DNA of 64,000 bases. Origin: Bacteroidota bacterium. GTDB taxonomy: Bacteria > Bacteroidota > Bacteroidia > Bacteroidales > FEN-979. The stretch is from positions 2,253 to 66,252 of the forward strand of contig JAPLDJ010000022.1 in the NCBI GenBank assembly GCA_026391805.1, read 5' to 3'. The notes beneath the pieces were generated by a model that saw only the letters and a list, made by a program, of their open reading frames with translations, made no database searches and had not been told where the DNA came from. The stretch's first letter is position 1. Each line of letters begins with the position of its first letter. Made by a program: the position numbers and the translations under genes. Shown piece by piece: positions 56,951 through 64,000 of this stretch.

Positions 56951-57943
56951 ATGATTGAAACGGATATCAAAGCGTTGAATGAACGCATTCAGAAAGAAAG
57001 TGCATTTGTCGACATGGTAACAATGGAGATGCACAAGGTTATCATTGGCCAGAAACAGATGATCGAACGGTTGCTGATCGGTTTGCTCTCCAATGGTCAT
57101 ATTCTCCTTGAAGGTGTCCCCGGACTTGCAAAAACCCTTGCGATAAAATCACTGGCCCACATCATCGATGCGAAATTCAGCCGCATTCAGTTCACGCCCG
57201 ACCTGCTGCCTGCCGACCTTATCGGTACATTGATCTACAGCCAGAAGAAAGAAGAATTCAAGGTCAGGAAGGGCCCCATCTTCGCAAACTTTGTACTGGC
57301 CGACGAAATCAACCGCTCCCCGGCTAAGGTACAGAGCGCCTTGCTGGAAGCTATGCAGGAACGACAGGTCACGATCGGCGATGAAACTTTTATGCTGCCG
57401 GAACCCTTCCTGGTTCTTGCCACCCAGAACCCGATTGAGCAGGAAGGTACCTATCCGCTTCCGGAAGCACAGGTGGACCGCTTCATGCTGAAGGTGGTGA
57501 TCGGTTATCCCGACCAGAAAGAAGAAAAGCTGATCATCCGTCAGAACATTTCAAATGAACAGGTCAACACCAGCACCATCCTGAAACCGGAAGACATCAC
57601 CCGGGCAAGAAGTGTAACACGGGAGGTCTACATTGATGAAAAGATCGAGAACTATATTACGGATATTGTTTTTGCATCCAGGTTCCCGGGCGACTTCAAA
57701 CTGAAGAAATTTGAAGGACTGATCTCTTACGGAGCCTCTCCGCGTGCCAGCATCAACCTTGCATTGGCATCAAAGGCATTCGCCTTCATCAAACGACGCG
57801 GATACGTTATACCTGAAGACATACGGGCAGTTGCTCACGACGTGATGCGTCACCGCATCGGCCTTACCTATGAAGCCGAAGCCGAAAACATCACGACGGA
57901 AGATATCATCAGCGAGATTCTGAATACGATTGAAGTGCCCTAA
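56951..57943 (+). CDS. MoxR family AAA+ ATPase
   Basis: 330 aa with Walker A GVPGLAKTL, Walker B and sensor ADEINRSPAKVQSALLEAMQE, and the C-terminal GASPRA motif. Confidence 0.95.
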   Translation: MIETDIKALNERIQKESAFVDMVTMEMHKVIIGQKQMIERLLIGLLSNGHILLEGVPGLAKTLAIKSLAHIIDAKFSRIQFTPDLLPADLIGTLIYSQKKEEFKVRKGPIFANFVLADEINRSPAKVQSALLEAMQERQVTIGDETFMLPEPFLVLATQNPIEQEGTYPLPEAQVDRFMLKVVIGYPDQKEEKLIIRQNISNEQVNTSTILKPEDITRARSVTREVYIDEKIENYITDIVFASRFPGDFKLKKFEGLISYGASPRASINLALASKAFAFIKRRGYVIPEDIRAVAHDVMRHRIGLTYEAEAENITTEDIISEILNTIEVP

Positions 57944-58019
57944 TCAAAAAGCGAAAAGCAAAAATGGATTGAGGTAATGCGAAACCTTTATCGCCCAACA
58001 CGCATCGACAATCGAGTCA

Positions 58020-58898
58020 ATGGAAAGTAGCGAAATTTTTAAAAAAGTCAGGAAAATCGAGATCAAGACACGCGGGTTGTCCAACCAGATCTTCTCAGGA
58101 CAATACCACAGCGTCTTCAAGGGGAGGGGTATGGCTTTCAGCGAGGTCAGGGAGTACCAGTACGGTGACGATATCCGCAACATCGACTGGAATGTGACGG
58201 CACGCTTCAATCATCCGTACATTAAAATCTTCGATGAAGAAAGGGAATTGACAGTCATGTTGCTGATCGATGTAAGCGGATCGAACCAGTTCGGAACCAG
58301 GCACAGCATAAAGCAGGACATGATCACCGAGATTGCCGCAGTGCTTGCATTCAGCGCCATCAAGAACAATGACAAGGTTGGCGTGATCTTTTTCAGCAAC
58401 AAGGTTGAGAAATTCATTCCCCCCAAAAAGGGAACCACGCACATTCTTCGCATCATCCGCGAGCTGATCGATTTTCATCCGGAACATTCAGAAACCAACC
58501 TGGCTGAGGCTCTCCGTTTCTTTACCAATGCCATAAAAAAACGCTGTACGGCTTTTCTCCTTTCTGATTTTGTGGATAAAGGATTTGAAGATGCGATCAA
58601 GATCGCCAATAACAAGCACGACCTGATCGCAGTGAATATTTTTGATGAACGGGAAACGGAGCTTCCCAACATGGGAATAATCAGGGTCAGGAATGCAGAA
58701 ACGGGGAAACGGATGTGGGTCGATTCATCCAGCAGGAGTGTCCGGGATGCTTTCCGCGACTGGTCGAACAACCACTCCCGGTACCTGAACGAAACGTTCC
58801 TGAAAAGCGGCGTTGATGCAGTCAGGATCAGGACGGACCAGGATTATGTGAAACCGCTGATCAATTTGTTCAAGAAGAGAAAAGGAGCCAGAAGATAA
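58020..58898 (+). CDS. DUF58 domain protein (MoxR-associated, VWA-like)
   Basis: 292 aa with the DUF58 signature YQYGDDIRNIDW. It follows moxR. Confidence 0.9.
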   Translation: MESSEIFKKVRKIEIKTRGLSNQIFSGQYHSVFKGRGMAFSEVREYQYGDDIRNIDWNVTARFNHPYIKIFDEERELTVMLLIDVSGSNQFGTRHSIKQDMITEIAAVLAFSAIKNNDKVGVIFFSNKVEKFIPPKKGTTHILRIIRELIDFHPEHSETNLAEALRFFTNAIKKRCTAFLLSDFVDKGFEDAIKIANNKHDLIAVNIFDERETELPNMGIIRVRNAETGKRMWVDSSSRSVRDAFRDWSNNHSRYLNETFLKSGVDAVRIRTDQDYVKPLINLFKKRKGARR

Positions 58899-58954
58899 CT
58901 GAAATGCAGGAATGCAGTAATGCAACATGCAGAATTAAATATGGAGTTGTGCTG

Positions 58955-59995
58955 ATGATCGTCAGGAAATATTTGTTGTTGATGTTGTTCTTGATGCCGG
59001 TAATTGTGAACCAGGCACAGGAGTTTCGTGCGACCGCAAAGATTGACAGCACGAACATCCTGATCGGCGACCAGGTGAACATGAAGCTCAGCTTCACCTT
59101 CCCGGCGAAAGCGCAGGTTCTCTGGCCATCCATTAAGGATACGATCCTGGGGAATATTCGGGTGATTGACAGGACAAAAATCGATTCGGCATGGTCGGCA
59201 GATAAGAAAAACCTTGTTTTGACGCAAAAGCTGCGGCTGACCTGTTTCGATTCAGGGTTTTATACAATACCTCCGATCCGGTTTTATTACCGGGTTCTTC
59301 CTGATACCACCGTCCGTTTTGAGCAGACAGACTTACAGGTTCTGACCGTTCATACCCTGTCGGTCGATACCACCCAGGCGATCAAACCCATCAAGGGGCC
59401 GGTAAAGATCCCGGTTTCATGGATCGAGTACCTGAAATGGATCATAGCCGGGCTGGTCTTTGTTGCCGTCATCGGTTTCCTTATCTATTATTTCCTGATC
59501 CGAAAGAAAGGTGAACCCATATTCACGCTCAAGCCAAAAATCAAATATCTGCCGCATGAATGGGCGCTGATGGAACTCGAGAAACTGCGCGTGAAAAAGC
59601 TCTGGCAGGCCGGTAAAGTGAAGGAATACCATACGGATCTGACCGATATTCTGCGGAAATACATCGAAGACAGGTTTCACCTTAAAGCTTTGGAAAGCAC
59701 CACTGCAGAGATCCTGGAAGATATTAAAGAGGTCATGAGCTTCCCGACGGAAAGCCGGATGAAGCTCGGTGAGATTCTTTCAACAGCTGACCTGGTAAAA
59801 TTTGCCAAATTTTTTCCGGGACCGGGTGATAATGAAAAATGTATGGAAGATGCAGTCGGTTTTATCACTTCAACCTATACGATTAAGGATCGTCCTGATC
59901 AGGAAGAAAAAACTGTTGTGGACGCATCTCTGACTGACAATGCAAGCACAGGACAACAATCTGTCAGCCAACAGGCAACAGAAAAGCTGAATTAA
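58955..59995 (+). CDS. Bat-operon membrane protein of unknown function
   Basis: I chose the start at Met18 (MIVRKYLLLMLFLMPVIVNQAQE, signal peptide). It has a beta-rich ectodomain, one TM helix (WIIAGLVFVAVIGFLIYYFLI) and a cytoplasmic tail. There is no motif I can name. Confidence 0.55.
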   Translation: MIVRKYLLLMLFLMPVIVNQAQEFRATAKIDSTNILIGDQVNMKLSFTFPAKAQVLWPSIKDTILGNIRVIDRTKIDSAWSADKKNLVLTQKLRLTCFDSGFYTIPPIRFYYRVLPDTTVRFEQTDLQVLTVHTLSVDTTQAIKPIKGPVKIPVSWIEYLKWIIAGLVFVAVIGFLIYYFLIRKKGEPIFTLKPKIKYLPHEWALMELEKLRVKKLWQAGKVKEYHTDLTDILRKYIEDRFHLKALESTTAEILEDIKEVMSFPTESRMKLGEILSTADLVKFAKFFPGPGDNEKCMEDAVGFITSTYTIKDRPDQEEKTVVDASLTDNASTGQQSVSQQATEKLN

Positions 59996-59997
59996 TC

Positions 59998-60993
59998 ATG
60001 TTAAAAGGAATCACATTCGCAAACCCCGGTTTTTTCTACCTCCTGCTGCTGGTACCGCTGCTGGTGGCCTGGTATTTTTACAGGCAGAGATTGAATTATG
60101 CTGATCTGAGGGTTTCAACGACGGAAGGATTCGATGGCGTTAAAAAGGGATTGAGGTTGTACCTCTATCATGGCCTTTATATTCTCAGGATGCTGGCGCT
60201 CATCCTCCTGATCATCGCACTGGCACGGCCGCAGTCGAGCAAAAACAGGAAAGACATCACAGTTGAAGGGATCGATATCGTAATGGCCATGGATATTTCC
60301 GGAAGTATGATGGCCATGGATTTCAAGCCCAACCGGCTTGAAGCATCAAAAGTCGTCGCCATGGAGTTTATCGACGGAAGGCCGAACGACAGGATCGGCC
60401 TCGTCATCTTCAGCGGTGAAGCCTTTACACAATGCCCGCTTACCACTGACCATTCCGTACTGAAGAATCTTTTCAAAGACATTAAAAGCGGCATGATCGA
60501 AGACGGAACCGCTCTTGGCGACGGCCTGGCAACGGCTGTGAACCGGATACGGGAAAGCAAGGCCATTTCCAAAGTCATTATTTTACTGACCGACGGTGTG
60601 AATAACATGGGTTCCATCGATCCGCTTTCAGCAGCGGAAATTGCAAAATTGTACGGGATCAGGATCTACACCATCGGTGTGGGAACCACTGGAGTTGCCC
60701 CCATTGCTGTCCCGACCATGTTCGGAACACAGATCATGAACATGGAGGTAAAGATCGATGAAGGATTGTTGCGGCAGATCTCAAAAGAGACGGATGGACA
60801 ATATTTCCGGGCTACCAGCAATACCAAGCTGCGGCAGGTTTACCAGGAAATCGATAAACTTGAGAAATCAAAGATCGACGTTACCGAATTTCGTAAAAAG
60901 CGTGAGGAATTTATTCCTTTAGCACTGATAGTACTGGTTCTTCTTGCGCTGGAAGTGATTCTCCGGTACACCGTGTTCAGGAATGCTCCATGA
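59998..60993 (+). CDS. batA: VWA domain membrane protein BatA
   Basis: 331 aa with N-terminal TM helices, a VWA domain carrying the MIDAS motif DISGSM, and a C-terminal TM helix. Confidence 0.88.
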   Translation: MLKGITFANPGFFYLLLLVPLLVAWYFYRQRLNYADLRVSTTEGFDGVKKGLRLYLYHGLYILRMLALILLIIALARPQSSKNRKDITVEGIDIVMAMDISGSMMAMDFKPNRLEASKVVAMEFIDGRPNDRIGLVIFSGEAFTQCPLTTDHSVLKNLFKDIKSGMIEDGTALGDGLATAVNRIRESKAISKVIILLTDGVNNMGSIDPLSAAEIAKLYGIRIYTIGVGTTGVAPIAVPTMFGTQIMNMEVKIDEGLLRQISKETDGQYFRATSNTKLRQVYQEIDKLEKSKIDVTEFRKKREEFIPLALIVLVLLALEVILRYTVFRNAP

Positions 60994-61033
60994 TAAAATA
61001 TCATCAGAAATGAAAATAAGCTTATAAAAACAG

Positions 61034-62062
61034 ATGTTCAGGTTTGCCAATACATATTATCTCTATCTGCTCATACTGATACCGGCGCTGACCGTTCTGC
61101 TCGTATTGTATCTTGTCTGGAGAAAAAAAGCGTTGAACCGTTATGGAGATTTTCAGCTTGTTCGCCTGCTGATCCCGGAGTTTTCGACCGGAAGGCTGAT
61201 CGTAAAATTCATCCTGCTGATGATCGCTTATGCATTCCTTGTTGTCGCACTCGCTGATCCGCAAACAGGGTCAAAGCTTGAAAAAATTGACCGGAAAGGC
61301 ATCGATGTGATGATCGCACTGGATGTTTCGACCAGTATGCTTGCCGAGGATATTCGTCCGAGCCGCCTGGAACGGGCAAAACAGGCCATTGCAAAACTGG
61401 TGGACCGGCTGGAGGGTGACAGGATCGGGATTGTTGTTTTTGCCGGGAAAGCATATAACCAGTTGCCGATCACGACCGATTACGGGGCAGCCAAGCTTTT
61501 TCTATCAGCCATCAATACGAATGTTGTTCCGGTTCCGGGAACGGCCATAGCCGATGCGATTGAGATGGCAACGAATTCCTTCGGACAGTCAACCCACAGT
61601 AAGGCTATCATCGTTATTACAGATGGTGAAGATCACCAGGGAGCCGTGCTTGAGAAGGCCGAAGCTGCCGCAAAAAACGGGATTACCGTGTATGCTGTTG
61701 GAATGGGATTGCCTGAAGGAGGACCGATTCCGATTTATAACGGGAATATCCAGACAGGTTATAAGAAAGACCAGGCCGGAGCGGTCATCATTACGCATCT
61801 TGATGAAACACTTTTGCAAAAAATAGCTTCGGTTGGCAAAGGCATGTATGTAAGGGCGAATAATTCAGAGGAAAGCTGGCAGCAGGTTTTCGATGATCTG
61901 AACAAGCTTCAGAAGTCGGAAATCGAGGGCAGGCAATTTTCGGACTATGAGGACCGTTATCAGTATTTCCTGGGGTTTTGTTTGTTATTCCTTATATTTG
62001 AACTGTTTGTTTTTGATAAAAAGAACCAGTGGTACAGCCGGTTCAATTTGTTCGGAAAATAG
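61034..62062 (+). CDS. batB: VWA domain membrane protein BatB
   Basis: 342 aa with the same architecture as BatA and the MIDAS motif DVSTSM. Confidence 0.88.
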   Translation: MFRFANTYYLYLLILIPALTVLLVLYLVWRKKALNRYGDFQLVRLLIPEFSTGRLIVKFILLMIAYAFLVVALADPQTGSKLEKIDRKGIDVMIALDVSTSMLAEDIRPSRLERAKQAIAKLVDRLEGDRIGIVVFAGKAYNQLPITTDYGAAKLFLSAINTNVVPVPGTAIADAIEMATNSFGQSTHSKAIIVITDGEDHQGAVLEKAEAAAKNGITVYAVGMGLPEGGPIPIYNGNIQTGYKKDQAGAVIITHLDETLLQKIASVGKGMYVRANNSEESWQQVFDDLNKLQKSEIEGRQFSDYEDRYQYFLGFCLLFLIFELFVFDKKNQWYSRFNLFGK

Positions 62063-62081
62063 AATGAAATTTTGACGGATC

Positions 62082-62831
62082 ATGTCAGGCATGAAAATAA
62101 AAGCTGTGAAAAAGATTGTTGATGGTCCTTGTCCGGGAAGAAAATCTTTCTTTATAAGATCGATCCTAATCATGACGTTGCTGATCCTCATCTCTGTTGG
62201 CGTTTCCTATGCTCAGAAGGATATCAGGCTGATCAGGGAAGGAAACAAGCTTTATGAAAACGGAAAATTCAAGGATGCCGAAATGAATTACAGGAAAGCG
62301 GTCGATGCCAATAAAAAATCGACGATCGGCAGTTTCAACCTCGGGGATGCAGTTTACCAGCAGAAAAATTTTGAGGAATCCTCGAAGATTTTCGGTAATC
62401 TTGCGGGAACAAACCTCTCCGGAGAGGAGAAAGCAAAGGTTTTTCATAACCTTGGCAATTCACTTCTAGGCGCAAAGGATTATGAGAAGAGCATCACGGC
62501 TTACCAGAATTCCCTGTTGAATAACCCTTCCGACAAGGATACCAAGTACAACCTGGAATATGCCCGTCAGATGTTGAAAAAACAGCAGCAGCAACAAAAG
62601 CAGCAACAGAAGGACCAGCAGAACAAGGACAAGCAGGATAAACAGAAAAACGACCAGAACAAGGATCAGAAACAGGAGAAAAACAAACAACAGGAACAGC
62701 CTAAAAAGATCAGCAAGGAAGATGCCCAGCGCATGCTGGAAGCCATGAAGAATGATGAGAAGAAAACCCTTCAGAAAGTGAAGAAAGAAAAGGCAAAGGT
62801 CCAGGATGTTATGATCGAGAAGGATTGGTAA
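62082..62831 (+). CDS. batC: TPR-repeat protein BatC with Q/K-rich tail
   Basis: 249 aa with a TM/signal segment, TPR repeats (GNKLYENGKFKDAEMNYRKAVD...) and a low-complexity QQQQQKQQQKDQQNKDKQ tail. Confidence 0.8.
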   Translation: MSGMKIKAVKKIVDGPCPGRKSFFIRSILIMTLLILISVGVSYAQKDIRLIREGNKLYENGKFKDAEMNYRKAVDANKKSTIGSFNLGDAVYQQKNFEESSKIFGNLAGTNLSGEEKAKVFHNLGNSLLGAKDYEKSITAYQNSLLNNPSDKDTKYNLEYARQMLKKQQQQQKQQQKDQQNKDKQDKQKNDQNKDQKQEKNKQQEQPKKISKEDAQRMLEAMKNDEKKTLQKVKKEKAKVQDVMIEKDW

Positions 62832-62894
62832 TAGCCAACTACTTCTTCGGACACAAAAAGAGAAAATGAATTGGTAAAGAATTTCAGTACAGAT

Positions 62895-64000
62895 ATGAGT
62901 AAGAAGTTATATTGGATTTTTTTGATGCTGATTTTTGTTGTGACGGTCTCACAGGCACAGAATATCCAATTCACCGGATCGTCGAAATCTGTTGTCGGGA
63001 TCGGGGAGACCTTCTATCTTACCTATACTGTTAATGCACAGGCGGAAAATTTCAGGGGACCAGCCATAAAAGGGTTTGATATTCTTTCGGGTCCGTTCAC
63101 CTCAACCTCTTCAAACATCCAGGCCATTGGCGGCAGGACCTCCATGTCGATCACCTACACCTTTTCCTATATTCTTCGCGGGACCAAAGAAGGCACCTAC
63201 GATATTTCACCGGCCTCCGTTACAGTCAGCGGCAAACAATACCAATCGAACACGGTTTCCATCAAGGTGGAAAAAAATGCAGGTGGCGGCCAGAATCAAA
63301 ACCAGGGAGGCAATCAGGGGAATGCAGGTGGGCAGAACGATGCCGTTCAATCCAGCTCGAACGATGTTTTTGTCAAAGCGTTCGTGAGCAATGCAAATCC
63401 TCTCCAGGGAGAAGGCATCAATGTAACCTTCAAATTGTTCTTCAAGGTGAATGTCGGGAACCTCAACATAACCAAAGAGCCTTCACTGACAGGTTTCTGG
63501 TCACAGAAAAACACCAACGACAATACCAAGGCACAAACCTATAAACAGATGATCGATGGCCAGCAATACATGGTGGTCGATATCCGAAAATATTTGCTTT
63601 ATCCCCTGAAAAGCGGCAGGATGACCATTGATCCTCTTGAACTCGAATGCGTTGCACAGATAAAACGTCAGACAAAGTCAAAAACGGGAGATCCTTTCTT
63701 TGACGATTTCTTTAACGACAGCTTTTTCAATAATTCTTATGCAAATGTTGAAAAGTCGCTGAAATCCAATGCCCTTGTGATCAATGCCAAGCCTCTTCCC
63801 ACGGCTGAAAAACCGGTCGATTTCAGCGGGGCTGTCGGTACTTTTACATTCAAGACAGAACTGGATAAGGATCGTGTAACAGCCAATGATGCGATCAACC
63901 TCAAATGCACCGTTACCGGAAAAGGCAACATCCAGCTGATCGATAAACTGGATGTGACTTTTCCCCCTGACTTTGAAACCTATGATCCGAAGATCACGAG
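62895..64000 (+). CDS. batD: BatD (oxygen-tolerance protein), 5' partial at window end
   Basis: This frame is not in the ORF track because no stop is reached. I translated it by hand from the ATG at 62895: MSKKLYWIFLMLIFVVTVSQAQNIQF...VSGKQYQSNTVSIKV...PVDFSGAVGTFTF.... It stays open to the window end. The signal peptide and operon position fit BatD. Confidence 0.8.
   Translation, partial: MSKKLYWIFLMLIFVVTVSQAQNIQFTGSSKSVVGIGETFYLTYTVNAQAENFRGPAIKGFDILSGPFTSTSSNIQAIGGRTSMSITYTFSYILRGTKEGTYDISPASVTVSGKQYQSNTVSIKVEKNAGGGQNQNQGGNQGNAGGQNDAVQSSSNDVFVKAFVSNANPLQGEGINVTFKLFFKVNVGNLNITKEPSLTGFWSQKNTNDNTKAQTYKQMIDGQQYMVVDIRKYLLYPLKSGRMTIDPLELECVAQIKRQTKSKTGDPFFDDFFNDSFFNNSYANVEKSLKSNALVINAKPLPTAEKPVDFSGAVGTFTFKTELDKDRVTANDAINLKCTVTGKGNIQLIDKLDVTFPPDFETYDPKIT

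Noticed and set aside
62466-62690. A 74-aa poly-Leu ORF on the minus strand and the Q/K-rich tract on the plus strand.
   Set aside because: The plus-strand tract is the low-complexity tail of BatC (CAG/AAG-rich). The antisense CTG/CTT reading frame is a by-product.
1-64000. Search for prophage, integrative elements, toxin-antitoxin pairs, restriction-modification or other defence islands.
   Set aside because: I could not recognise any integrase, transposase, recombinase, phage structural gene, nuclease/helicase or methylase pairing. Apart from the repeat element at 5.8 kb and the low-GC polysaccharide locus, the window is housekeeping.

Overview
This window looks like an ordinary Bacteroidota chromosomal segment. 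Supporting signs are a T9SS C-terminal sorting domain, a GldB-like lipoprotein, a Bat/MoxR aerotolerance operon, several exact TAnnTTTG -7 promoter boxes, and a dcw cluster without murF. I call about 60 protein-coding genes and one tmRNA. There are no rRNA or tRNA genes, CRISPR arrays, integrases, transposases or recognisable defence genes.

Layout:
- 0-16.9 kb: housekeeping genes. These are an M23 peptidase, a MerR regulator overlapping an alkyltransferase-like protein, Mrp/ApbC, NifU, NadE, an outer-membrane barrel, GldB-like, ComM/YifB, CysE-CysK, an HTH protein, UbiA, a methyltransferase, an ABC ATPase, a heptose kinase and a geranylgeranyl reductase.
- 16.9-32.3 kb: minus-strand dcw cluster, mraZ-rsmH-ftsL-ftsI-murE-mraY-murD-ftsW-murG-murC-ftsQ-ftsA-ftsZ, followed by yqeY.
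- 32.4-39.6 kb: two large surface proteins flanking a sigma-54-type response regulator that has no DNA-binding domain.
- 39.9-40.3 kb: tmRNA, followed by gpsA.
- 41.3-46.1 kb: two tandem paralogous TPR-PAS-HisKA_2 sensor kinases.
- 46.2-54.0 kb: a lower-GC polysaccharide locus for an NDP-3-acetamido-3,6-dideoxyhexose, with a flippase and a GT2.
- 54.0-56.8 kb: yihY, nadC, a small secreted protein and rlmH.
- 56.9-64.0 kb: Bat operon (moxR, DUF58, membrane protein, batA-D). batD runs off the window end.

I do not see a convincing new multi-gene system. The observations most worth a second look are:
1. mraY is broken by an internal deletion plus frameshift. murD is reduced to a C-terminal domain with several invariant Mur-ligase residues replaced. 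The rest of the dcw cluster is intact.
2. Tandem heptanucleotide arrays recur across the window. One is an in-frame 12-unit array inside a reductase gene, and another supplies the candidate start codons of murE.
3. A roughly 200-bp nested palindromic MITE/REP-like element has a second core copy 2.7 kb away.
4. The duplicated orphan sensor kinases lie at a compositional boundary.
5. Three TGGGGA boxes at exact 10-bp phasing lie upstream of mraZ.

All functional calls come from motif and architecture recognition by eye. No database search was run.
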